DNA of 61,328 bases, the filler included, from Sphacelaria rigidula (Eukaryota), in assembly GCA_964200075.2 (NCBI GenBank). It is 6 parts of 6 records of this genome, joined end to end, with 100 filler letters (N's around TTAATTAATTAA, not from the genome) between each part and the next. Parts side by side here need not be neighbours in the genome. Positions count along the whole stretch, not along the records: positions 20,478 to 30,615 come from CAXNAA020007051.1; positions 30,716 to 40,853 come from CAXNAA020007052.1; 4 more parts are not named here. One strand, 5' to 3'. A model generated the notes under the pieces. It saw nothing but the letters and a program-made list of their open reading frames with translations. It ran no database searches and had not been told where the DNA came from. Below, one piece after another: positions 21,801 through 33,226 of this stretch. Position 1 is the stretch's first letter, and the number at the start of each line of letters is the position of its first letter. Position numbers and translations under genes: made by a program.

Positions 21801-24800
21801 TCCCTTAGCGCCCTTTTCCCGCTATGGGGCGCTGCAACTATTGCACATTATGAATACAGCAGCCGGAGAGAACTTTACCCTTCGCCGCTGTCGCAATCAA
21901 CGAATTCGTCGGCAATGTGGGCTTTCATGATAACCCGGCCTGAGCCCGACACGGGGGATGGTTTATAGGCGTCCCCCGACCACCCGCCCTTTCTTCTCTT
22001 CAAATCTTCCGTCATAACTTAAATTACAATTACAGTTCGCTTTCATAATTGGTACTGTGTCTTCTTTCACCAGCTGACGCCAAATGGCTCTTATATTATA
22101 GGACACACTGGTGCTGCTCGAACCTCCGCATGGTGCTAACTTTCGTGTATATCAAGGGTTGACACCGCATGGCACAAGATCAAAAAGCTTCGTGAGAACA
22201 ACTTCTGAATTCGCCGCCACTACATGAAAACGCCCATATCCATGGTTCCGGGGCTCTCGGCGAGTTGTAGGCGAATTCAGTTGATATTTCGGTCATTCAA
22301 AACTATCAAAATGGTTACCCTACCCCTCTTCAGGTCTGTTCTCTGGCCTGGAAATTTCCTCGAAACACGCACATGATTGATCCGGTAAGCACTCGCTGAA
22401 AAACGGAGAGTCTACACGGCACCCCGTCAAAAGCACTGAAACTGGTCCGAAAGGACGCTGGAGGTCAAAGGAATCACCTCATGACCGCTAACGTAGGTAA
22501 CTCATGTATCGGCATCATTTCCACCTGAAACGCATTCTGCGATCCACACGGCCCACCCTGGCAGCCCAAGGGTTACAGCAACAACTCATCTCTTGTCCAA
22601 TCTTCCCGGACAGCTCCCTGATCCTTTCTTCGCCTTTTAACTCAAACGTCAGGGCCATCGCGCATACGGTCATGGAGAATAAGCAAGATTGCTGCTGCAG
22701 GCAAAATATCCTTACATATACTCGGGTCCAAGACAGGCGGAGTTGATCTGACTGATTGTCGCACATTAACTGGACCAAGACATGGTCATTATCCACAATA
22801 TAGACGTACCCGAGACGAAGAAAAAAAAAAAAATGCTCGCTAAAGAAGAAAAATAAAACAATCCAAGAGGAGGAAACTGATACATGACCGAAACATAAAC
22901 CGAAGTCAAGCAGGAAGGAATGGAAAGCAACGGAGAAGACCTGGAAAAATAGAACAGAACAACCTCCTCCCGACGAGATCAGCCCAGAAATAATGCGCCC
23001 CCTGCAGCATGGCTTCACGTGAACTAAGGCCGTGCGCAAAAAAAAACTGCAGCCATCCACGCAAGAAAAGTAAACGCACTGGATTCAACACCACTGAGAT
23101 CCTTGCGAGTATAGATTGCTGATCAAGGTGTCTCGAGACTCTGAGGAATGGTCGCGATGATGATACCAGCGTCTGCGCGAGCGCACACTGATATTCGAGA
23201 GATGAAGTCAAAACTCCAACGGCTGGTCGCGATGGTGTGACCGACACGGCGGGTTCCGCAGTGGGGGTGGTCCTGACAAGGCACATTATGTAAAAATAAC
23301 GGCCCTTTGGCTGCCCGGATGGGTCGCCTTCCGGGTCGTGATATGCCGATTCCGAGTAGAAACGGTGCTGAATGAAAAGTGGAGGTCTCTTGTCCGACGG
23401 TGCTGTCACAGGTTCGGGTCGAATTATACAGTACCCAAAGTGACTTCAAGTGATTTAATAATTTTTCTTTGACCAGTCTCTCCATGTTATGTAAGCCATA
23501 TAATAGTATAAGCTTGATTTCAGTATGGGCTCCATCACACATTTTTTTACCGGCCTTCTGGAGCCCGCTGTCGCAGCGTAGTACCGCGCGGCGGCGAGAT
23601 GGTATATGCAGGACTGTAACGGCCTCACAAGCGATGCTTTGTTCTTTTTGTATACGGGTTGGAGTACCAAACGTCCGCTTCGAGCGTCGCCGTGCCCGTG
23701 GTATGTTTGCGGTGCCAGCGGTTGGCGTTACAGCCTCCATACGCGCTCAGCTTGCTGCTGCATCCATCGTAGCTTTGGATACGGAACTAGAGACACTACA
23801 GTTTTACCGTCGTCATTGTGCGTTGTTTCATGCTGCCCGGGCGGAAATATCCCGAGAAAGGATTGTACCCGCATCAAAGCTGCTGCCTCCTTGTCGGGGG
23901 CTGCAGTGTTTTCCCTCCAGGTGGCTCGTGCTGATTGGTGCCGCACAGACAGTACCCACACGGTGCTCGCTGGCTCGCCAGGGCTGGCGCATCTCGCGGT
24001 ACACATGCAGTCGGTACCGCGACAGAAATTTGTCGAGTTACAACGGCGGAGACAAGCAAGCAATCTACATAAACGGGACATCAGACAGCTTACGTTTCAA
24101 CATGTATCCCTCTTGCGTGTGTAAGAGCGCCGCTTCCTGTCGAAGGTATACAGCTCGCTCCATGACTTTGTTCTTGTGAAAGTATGATCGATGTTGGCTG
24201 TACATATTTTTTGGTCTCTTGCTGCTACTGCCTTCGGCTGTAGCAAGCAAGGAAGGAAAATGGAGCCCAGATCAGACAAATTCGTACAAGGGTCAGAATC
24301 ATGGAAAACAACGAAAAAATAGCTGATTTCAGTTTGCGGCTACTTCCATGTACAGTAGTTAGCGTCAGAAGTAGGTAGAATTCGTCAATCCTTCGTTTCT
24401 CAAAGATTTTCCAAATGTGTTTCGCTTGTCACCGCTCATCACAGTGACTGTTGGATGCCAAAAAATGGGCATCTGGAGATATTTTGATCTTGACAAATAT
24501 TGAAATATTTATATTGAGTGACTTACGGGCTTGGCCGATCTTCGGAGGTCCTGCGAAAGTGCAACCCCAAGTTATAGCTTTTTGGTATTTTCGGTGAACG
24601 GACTCGATCCCGATCATATAAGTGAAGACTCACAAATGATTATTTTCCGAAATTCCACTTATTCACTGCGCTAGTGCCGGAAGCTATGTTTTTGGGGGCA
24701 TTCCCGGTCAATAATACCCTCCTGATGAACGGAGTTTTTACTCCGTATCGCCCGCACAACACCAACTTGGGCATTGTGATTTGAGCACGGCCTGCTTATT

Positions 24801-25099
24801 TTGCCGAAGCTATCGACGCTAGCACTTTCGAGTGCTCATGGGACATGTTATGCAAAAGAAAAAAGGATTAAGAGACCATCCATCCGCAGAAAATGCTCGA
24901 CTGAGATCTGTGCAGTATAGGAGGGAAACATGATCTCGATAATTTTTGTGGAGAATCGTGTTGTATTCATTCATCTGCAATAATTACTGTTTCGTTGCGG
25001 AAGAGCCGGAAAACTGTTGTTATTGGAGCCAAAACGGCCAATGACACCCTCCTGATAAACGGGGTATCTAGAACTACGAATTCTGAAAAGTTCTGATGC

Positions 25100-26981
25100 T
25101 TACTACTATATAAAAAAAAGTTATTGTTGAAAAGTGCCTTCTTGGCTCTTCTCCGTCGTCTCTCGTCCGAAAAGAGGGTTGAGCGCATGTTGACACCTCC
25201 GTGTTGTTCCTCTTCGATAATATGGAGGGATTAGGGCACGAGACGTGTGACTTCCAGTAGATACTGTCATATTCCGAAGGTTTCAAATGTCTGAGACCAA
25301 GGCTGGAGATCATCACGGAAAGAGGGGCGGGCACTTCCACGATCAAGAGCTCGCCTCACGGGCGGTCTGCGGACGTGAGGAAAGCTGCATCGCTTGCGAC
25401 TCATGTAACAGCATAGATTGCAAGCGATTCCTACTGGAAAAACGTGCCGGCTCGGTAGTGCACGACAAAGTTCGTGAAGGGTTATGTACATGCGGGCCCC
25501 ACCGCGTCCGCGCTGGTCTGAACACAAGTGATACAGTACAGCACATCATACACTGCGGGCCGCCTGCGTTAGAGACTGCGCACCACCCGCATCAGTGACG
25601 CCTGTAGCTGCACAAAGTGCTCGATGCACAGCAGCAACGCGCAAGGTGATATGGCACACCGCAGAACGTGATATCCTTCGTATATCTCTGCCCTGAAGTG
25701 GTTTCCACTTGTCTGCCGTTCATGTGTACCCAGCCACTTCTGCTGCCGTTCATGTGTACGGGTAATACCACCCGTCGCAGGTCCAGATTTTCGTAACCCA
25801 ACCGTCTTGCAGCTGTACTCGACAACAGATTTCAGTACTGTGCGCAGTACACTTTTTTTAAAGCTTAACAGAAGTATCTTGTCCATCTTGGTACATTTTC
25901 ACATATAAAGTTGGGCAGTGGGACCGTGGCGTTGAAAAAATATGGCCCAAGTGGAAGTGAGGAAATCACCGAAATATTCACGTGCAAAGCCGCTGCGGAG
26001 ATAATTCAAGTTGATAAGGCTAGAAGAATCCCAGTGCAACGCCCACTCCGGCTGCCAGCCTGTTTGCACGGCCGGGTCCGGAGTGGTGGGCCTGTCTGTA
26101 CCGGGATGTCACTTCCAGTACCAGGTACGCCGGCAAGGGCCCGTCGCGCAACCCACTGGTCGTGCGACAGAAGCCCAACCTTCGACTGTCGACCGTTTTG
26201 GAGCGGAAACGTTCACCTCCCAGTCCTCATATATATAGCGGATCATGAACGATGCTTGTTTGCTGGGTTTCTTCGGGAGTTCATCCCTAACTGGGCAAAG
26301 ATTGATGCGAGGCCGGCGGGATCCATTGCACAGTCAGCGTGCTCAACAGTCACTGTACCCACTATAATCGTCATCAGACAGCAGGGTGTTAAAAAACGTG
26401 ATCGTGCACCCTATGATTATCCACCGTATGAATGCAGACCGGGCCATCAGCGATTTCCCCTGCTGTAGCTGTGACAGTGATACCTTCCTCTAAAACCAAT
26501 CTACACATCCTCCAAGTTTCGGCGTGATCTGCCGCGGGGTGCGGATGCTCTTCACGCCCAAGCTGCCAAAACACCGCCTCCATAGTATCGAAAAGGAACA
26601 GCACTGACCTTGGAATGAATTGCGCTACTCGTTGAGACCGTTCCAGAGCACGTTTGCGTTTTCCGTAGGTCGCACTTTTGTTTTTGACCCAACTTGCATT
26701 TTATGTAACAAAGAGCCGACTTATCAGAAAACATGGGGAGAACAGCTAGTTTTTTTTTATTATAACTTGACTGTTTTTGAAAATGCAAGTTTGGCCAAAA
26801 ACAAAACTGCGACGTACGGAAAACGCAAAGGTGCTCGGTACCGGTCTCAACGAGCTCGTAAAGCGAGTGATTCCAGGGTGTTAACATGAGCCCAGCCATC
26901 TACGGGAGAAAAACGACGGAGAAAGGCAAAACAGGCACTTTTCAACAACACTTATTTTCTTCGACACATGAGAATGTGGCC
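25100..26981. mobile_element. Long-TIR non-autonomous element (PIF/Harbinger-like family as at 56497-59413), left arm split by ~1.4 kb of other DNA
   Basis: GTTGAAAAGTGCC..TTCTCCGTCGT at ~25125 is inverted relative to ACGACGGAGAAA..GGCACTTTTCAAC at ~26915-26945. Internal palindrome at 26605-26885. Right end is GGCC|TTA. Confidence 0.65.
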
Positions 26982-27380
26982 TTACAGTAGGCGCCCGCAC
27001 TTAAGAACCGCTTATTTTGCGTGGGGCTCAAGGCTTACTTCTTGCCTCAACCCGAGCACCTGTTCTTATATGCCTAGTTCTTATTTTGGCCAGGCACTCG
27101 TCCCTGAAAAGGCGGGTTCATATTCTTATTTCAACACCCAGTGCTCCAGCTGGGTATGACAACGTCCGTTCGTGGTGAACTACAGGACTCAGAGTACTTG
27201 ACGTGAGTATTAAATACGCACCCTCCGCTTGTCGATTGAGAAACGCTTGTGAGCACAACAGACATTAGAACGCGTCGCAGCATCACGATCACTGGAAAGT
27301 ACAAGTATGGAAACCCTCACGGCATCGAGCAGCCCTCACCCTTCCTCGTCCACAAGAGTCACGTTGGGAGTGTGTACTCT

Positions 27381-27787
27381 TCATGCTCTGCTAACGCCCA
27401 ACGTGGCTGCAGCTCTCACCTCATCCACCTGCTCTACCGTGCTCCTCTCAAGCAAAACCCAAGAGCCTACCACCGCATCCGGATCTCCCCTGTACATTTC
27501 CAACGGCAGCTTCATGCTACGCGTACTCTGGTCTATTTCGAAAAGCACGCGGTAGTCGTAAACATTGCGAGTACGCTCCTGAGACTGCCGAGTGATGAGC
27601 CCACCAATCCAACCCATGCCCAGCCTAACAAGGACTCCACGCTGTAGTATGGAACTGCCAAGAGCTGCGAGTGGAGACACTTGAATGCGAAAGCCGTCCG
27701 GAATCTCCATGCCATGAATCTCATCCTCCGGGTCCATACTGTCGTCGACCACAAGGCTCAGCTCGTCGATCTGGCCGCTAGGGATGT
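27381..27787 (-). CDS. Second exon of the pogo transposase, encoding an extra C-terminal globular domain
   Basis: Acceptor GTTGCAG|AC, phase 1 matching the donor. Encodes GMGWIGGLITRQ..YDYRVLFEID..MKLPLEMY..GSWVLL. Confidence 0.65.
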
Positions 27788-27929
27788 CTGCAACGAGCGG
27801 CATTTGCAAACCACATAGCGTTATTAAACTGATGACCATGAATACAAATATCAGCGGATTCAAAGGCAACAGCAAGAGCAACAACAACAATAAATTTGTA
27901 GGAGGAGACTCGATGAAATTCCAACTTAC

Positions 27930-29029
27930 CGTCGTTGTCTTCGTCGCTGGAATCGCCGTCCTCCATGCCCTCCCCGCCTGGGTCCCCCTCGCTCCTACCC
28001 CTCTGGTCACCCCCCCCCGGACCCTTCGTTGCCAGTCTGTGAGGGTCCCTCGTCGTCGCTAGAGTCCTCGCCCATGAAGGTGTACGGCTTGTCCAAACCC
28101 TCCAAGTTAATGCGGTCATCGCCTGAGCCGTCGACAGTCATCGTTATGCCACACTTTTCGAAAAGGCGAAACCGGTACTCCTCGCGTTTGTCGAGAATTT
28201 CCATGGCTTTTCCGACCCATTGCGTGATCAGCACACGTCGGTCAGATGCCGTCAACGACTTGCTTCCCCACCTTTCAACGTTGTCCGACTGGTCAAGCGA
28301 CGCGTCCTGTAGCTTGCCAACCTCCACCTTCAGCATGCGTCCGGCACCTGCATCCACGGGCTGCAGCTCGTCCGTGGTCTTCGTCGGGAAATACCACGCG
28401 AGCGTGTTGCAGTGCTTCGCCAGATATTCCTTGAACTCCGGTGTCGTCTGCGCGTGCAAGTTGTCCATCAGAAGGGGCGTCCTCTCCCGGGGCAGCTGGC
28501 TCCTCCCGCGCATCAAGCTTGGGTGGTAGGATTTCTTGCTCCACTTCATGCAGAACTTCTGGTCGGCCCACGCGTTTTTGTGGAAAAAGACGTCCATGTT
28601 CTTGTGGTACGCGGCCTTCTCCATCCGCGAGATCCGCCTCCTGGTGCCTCGGAAAATGAGCGCAATCCGCATAAGCTTCTTACCGGGACCAAAGATGACT
28701 TGCATGGTGCACTGCCTCTTCTCCAGTCCAGCGAAGGGCTGGCTGATGGCTACACGCATCGCCCCTTCCTTTTCCCACGTCGATGTCAACCCGTTCACAA
28801 ACGGTAAAGGCACCTGACCCACGTCCAAACGCTCATCCAGCTGAAACTGCCCGTACTTTTCCAGCCTGGTCTCACCCGAAGAGAGCGGTGTATCCTCAGG
28901 GAAGATGCTCCCCGTGCGGCGCACCGGCTCTTGTAGCAGCTCGCGAAACCTCCGGTGGAACTGCTGGATTTGCGGCAGGCGCTCCCCGACGGACTTGGTC
29001 TTCAAGTTGGTCCGGCGCCGCTGTACCAC
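27930..29029 (-). pseudogene. pogo/CENP-B family DDE_1 transposase, catalytic exon (decayed)
   Basis: VQRRRTN, DVGQVPL (degenerate NxDQ), KRQCT, NAWAD, LLMDNL, TTDELQPVDAG, RRVLITQWV. One frameshift at ~28010 in a G-run. Donor G|GTAAGT at 27930/27929. Confidence 0.85.
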
Positions 29030-29278
29030 GCTGTGTCTCTTTGCCCACTTTTCTTCCTGCAGCAGCTTCCTCTTGCGTCAACACGGCGGAGAGCGTGCGG
29101 CTGCAGCGGATGCTGGGAAACGACGCGAAAGGGGATTCCCTGCCCTGGGAACGCGCCGGGCCTGGGCGTTGTTGGCACGTGAAGTTCGATGGCATCACGG
29201 GGGAAGCTTCGTTCGTCCTCCAGCCGAAGCGCCTCCCCGATATCGATCTGGAGTTCGACGGCTTCACGGCCGCTAATA

Positions 29279-30440
29279 CGGGCTGGTTCAGATTGAACGC
29301 ACAAAATTTACACCCCGGGAATTCCTCACGCCGTTTTTTCGAGGTAAACCACGAAATTTTGCACACATATTCTGGAAGGCAATATCCAAAACTCGAAGAG
29401 GGTTTTATTTATTTATTTGGGGCTTCGCTGTCGAGATAGCCGGGATCTGACCCCTCCCCCCCCCGTCAAGTACTCCAGCCAGGACCCTGAATAACCGGCC
29501 ACCAAAACAAAAAATAAAAAAAACCTCTTCGACTTTTAGATATTGCCGTCCAGAACGTGTGTGCAAAATTTGGTGATCTAACTCGAAGAAACGGCGTGAG
29601 GAAATTCCAAAACGTACGCTGAAGTGCGAAAATGTCTGCGTGCCCCCCTAATTACTTGATTAAAGTATACTTTGGGTGTTTTTGCGGTTCTTTTAGGCTT
29701 ACATGGGCAGTTCTACTGCAATCTCGTCGAGTTTGGTCGTGAAAATTTGCACGAATGTTGATTGGACCCCCCCGAGGAGGGAGATTTTTTTTTTTGTGAA
29801 TGTTGCTTTCTGACCGATTTCATGGGGTCCCAAAACAGGGTGACCTGTTTCCTCCGCCAGGTGCAGGCGATCATTTGAGACAGCACGCGCCGAGAGCACC
29901 AAACTTGCGAATCAGGCCATGAGAAATCGTAGGAGCGTCAATTGGCATCCCCGGTCTCTTTCCGCACACCCGCCGCTCCCTTGCGGGTGTGCACCAAGCA
30001 CCGCAGCTTCCACTTTCGTGTGCGCACATGCTGCATGACCTTGATTGTTGACACTTTACGCTGGGCAGCTGGTGTATTGACATCTACGGGTTGTAGTGGG
30101 GTCGCCATCGCGCTTCTAGTTGCGTACCGCTGTGCTGGTGTGCAGGTGTGTTGCTGAGAACAAAATCAAACAATACCTAACGGCTGCGCCGCGTTTGAAA
30201 AAACAGCGGCGAAATTACCAAAATGCGGCGGAACTGGCCATTTTTCAAGGCTTCTGATTGGCTGATACTCTTTTTCGTCCGTAGCGCCAAGCCCACCGCC
30301 GAACCCGAAAATCTAGCCATGTCACCCTCCTTATCTTCTCCTGGGCTTTCCTACGATACCAAACTTGTCCATATTGATCAAGAATTGCGTACGGGAATTC
30401 CCGGGGTATAAATTTTGTGCGTTCAATCTGAACCAGCTTG
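29279..30440. mobile_element. Tc1/mariner-type MITE (1162 bp, TA target duplication)
   Basis: TA|CGGGCTGGTTCAGATTGAACGCACAAAATTTACACCCCGGG ... CCCGGGGTATAAATTTTGTGCGTTCAATCTGAACCAGCTTG|TA. Sister copy at 46808-47929. Confidence 0.88.
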
Positions 30441-30792
30441 TACCACAAAAGACTTGTGGCGCTGCCCAGCGCAATCGGTACAACTACAGGTTCAAAGCCC
30501 ATGTGATCCAGCAGCTGCGAATTCTCGAGGAAAACCCCCAAGAGCTCTGGCAGGCCGAGCATCTTACCCCCCGGTACTGCTGGGGGGTAAGATGCTCGGC
30601 CTGCCAGAGCTCTTGNNNNNNNNNNNNNNNNNNNNNNNNNNNNNNNNNNNNNNNNNNNNTTAATTAATTAANNNNNNNNNNNNNNNNNNNNNNNNNNNNN
30701 NNNNNNNNNNNNNNNAAACCCCCCCCCCCCCCCCCCCCCCCCCCAACAACCTCGCCCCTGTTCCTCCCTTCCGTAAAACAAACGCTGCGCAG

Positions 30793-31053
30793 GACTTCTT
30801 CGCGCGTCTACCCAACCTGAGGGTCACGGAATACACGCCCGTGTCCGTCCGCGTCTACGGAGATTTCGCGACAGAGGCCGGGTCGTACACGTTCGCGTGG
30901 GATGGCAAGGAAGGCGAAACTGTGGAGAAAAGGGCACGGTTCAGCTTCACGTTCCGGCGAGACGTGAACAGCCCCACGGGGTGGACGATTGTGGATCATC
31001 ACTCATCCGCAATGCCCAAGTCTCCGGCCGGGCTGAAGCAAGCGAAGAATTAG
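30793..31053 (+). CDS. Iota-class carbonic anhydrase-like (LCIP63/COG4875, CaMKII-association/NTF2-like domain), terminal exon
   Basis: GCGCAG|GAC acceptor. Encodes DFFARLP..AGSYTF..RARFSFTF..WTIVDHHSSAMP, with the GxYTF, ARFSF and HHSSxMP hallmarks. Confidence 0.85.
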   Translation, partial: DFFARLPNLRVTEYTPVSVRVYGDFATEAGSYTFAWDGKEGETVEKRARFSFTFRRDVNSPTGWTIVDHHSSAMPKSPAGLKQAKN

Positions 31054-33027
31054 TCTTGGGGAGATGAGTTTTATGAAGGGCTAACTGGGAGCTGAACTGG
31101 CCGAATGATGAACTGGATCATGCTTAGATGGTGATCTAATGATGGTGATGGTGATGGTGGTAGTGGTGGTGGTGCGATGGGAGGAGGGGAGAGAAGAGGA
31201 TGGGGGAGGACGATTTTTTTTTCTGCCAGAAAAATGTAATCGACAAGAGGAGAGGAAGTTTTGAAGAATTTGGATTCTCGGTGGGGTTGTGTGAAAGAAG
31301 AATTAGGGGCCATATGTCGAGACCAACTGACAAGGTTTTGAAGAAATTGAAGATTTCTTGTTTTTCCCGTTTCGCGTGTAGTGTACATGTACCTCGTCAC
31401 CTACGCTGTCGCCGCCGTCGCTGGCTTGAGTCGTTTTGGTCTGATGACTTTTTTGGGTGAAATTGACACAAGTCAATGATGACAGGGAAGGGCGGGAGCG
31501 GGGGGAGGGGGTCCTCAGTAGCAGCCATGCAACCTGACGATATCCGTAGCGGGAGAGGACCGTTGTAACAAATTGCGAGGGAAGGCATATTCATGGTTTG
31601 CTTTTACTTCGAATATCGAAAATTCGATCATGTTCTCTTTTGTGATGGGGTCCGGGCGCAGAGAGAGGGCCACGGGGTTGATGAGTGTCTGGAGGGGAGA
31701 TACCACACACACACACGGACGATGCTCGTTGTGCTACGTACGATGATTGTTCGAAAGCGCCCCGCTGGATGGCATGCGACATCTCGAGTGGGTGGGAGTC
31801 GAACCCGGAAACGCTACACGTAGCTGTTGTAATTTTTTTGAGTTTTTTCCCGGGTGTGCCTTGTCGGTCGCCCCCTTGGCGATAAGGCAAAAGCGAATCT
31901 CACATATATGACGCTTCCCGGTGAAGTCGCGTTCGCTACTTCTTTTATGCTAGGGGTTTCGAGACTGTGGCGTACTCTCTTTTGAACGTTAAATGACACC
32001 GTTCCAACGGGGGGGGGGGGGGGGGGGGGGGGGGGGTTTTTTTGAAAACCGAGGGGGGGGGGCTCGCCCTGTTCGACAACCGGTAGGTAATATTTGGGGA
32101 GATGTCGTTNNNNNNNNNNGGGTTGGTGATGGATCGGGGGTAGGGTGTGTGGGCCGTGGGGGGGGTGGGGGGTGACGGGGTGTGTGTGAATGTGTTTGTT
32201 TCACAACCATGCTGGAGCGCTGCCCACGTATGTACAGCTCATGTAGTATTATCTGGAATGTGTACTTTGAGGGTACATTTGTCTATTCTGCAAGTCAAAG
32301 TTCGATTTTTGTTGTTGAGTCTGTTGAGGTTGTTGTTGGAATTTGCATTTTGCAATGCGAGGTGATGTTGTACGGCTGTGTGTATCTGTTTCGGGTTATT
32401 TCATTTTTTCAGCACTAGTTTTTTTCTGCTTAAAACAATCGAGAATTGGCATACATGAGTTATATTCGAGATTCGCATGATTTTATTTGAAATTTGCAGT
32501 TTTCGTAAGAGGGCTTAAGTTTTGCCGCCGCCGACGGTTGTCATTGCCGTTGACTGAGTATTGTCCCTTTGGTCGAACCTCGAACGATGCAGCGAAATTA
32601 CTCTCTTTCGGGTGCGTGTCAGGTGTTCGCTCCACGTGCCTCGGCGCGGTTGTTGAAGCTTTCGCCGTACAACGTCCTGACGCGCCGTGCAAATGTTTGT
32701 AGATTAGGATTCGGACCCTGTAGGTCGGAGTGTCGATATCAGGGCGTTTCGTATCGGCCAGCACAGTATTATGTGTCTTGTATGTAAAATTGTTTCAGAT
32801 GGGCGTGGACAGGACATGGGGTACGCAAAGGAGTTCGGCTTGTATGGATAAAAATGGAGGATACTTCGTGCGAATGGTGCACCGGAACAGCCGGAGTAGT
32901 TGATCCTGGGGCAGTGATGTAGCCCGTATCGTCGTTTTCCACAGTTTTGCGGGGTTCGTTTTAGGATGATGAATGTGATGAGGGGAACATTACAGAGCTT
33001 TTGTCCTGTTCTCCTGCTGTTGATTAA

Positions 33028-33226
33028 CCTCTAGACCGCGAGAGTAGTCTATCTGGATCATGCATACTTTTTCAAGTGAAATTGATGACGATTCGACAGA
33101 TGACCTACTCTCGCCGTCCAAGGGTTCACCCTTGGACCGCACGATCAGTCTTTCTGGATCATGCATACTTTTTTTCACTTGAAATTGATGCCGATCCGAT
33201 AGAAGACTAACCTTGCGGTCTAAGGG
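33028..33226. mobile_element. Two tandem ~97-bp mini-elements with piggyBac-like CCCT..AGGG ends at TTAA-like sites
   Basis: TTAA|CCTCTAGACCGCGAG...CTCGCCGTCCAAGGG|TTCA|CCCTTGGACCGC...GCGGTCTAAGGG|TTGA. Related copy at ~55495-55613. Confidence 0.55.

Larger units (their letters stand above)
26985..29035 (-). mobile_element. pogo/Tigger-type DNA transposon remnant
   Basis: End TA|CAGTAGGCGCCCGC at 26983-26998 resembles pogo-type TIRs. It contains a DDE_1-like transposase on the minus strand. The opposite TIR is not seen. Confidence 0.75.

Noticed and set aside
23123..24250. Long overlapping ORFs (205, 236 and 172 aa) suggesting a gene
   Set aside because: No recognisable motifs or convincing splice pairs were found, and stops interrupt the longest frame. 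It may be decayed TE sequence but cannot be supported.
31990..32180. Long poly-G/poly-C tracts as G-quadruplex regulatory elements
   Set aside because: They sit beside N gaps and contig ends where base quality and run length are unreliable.
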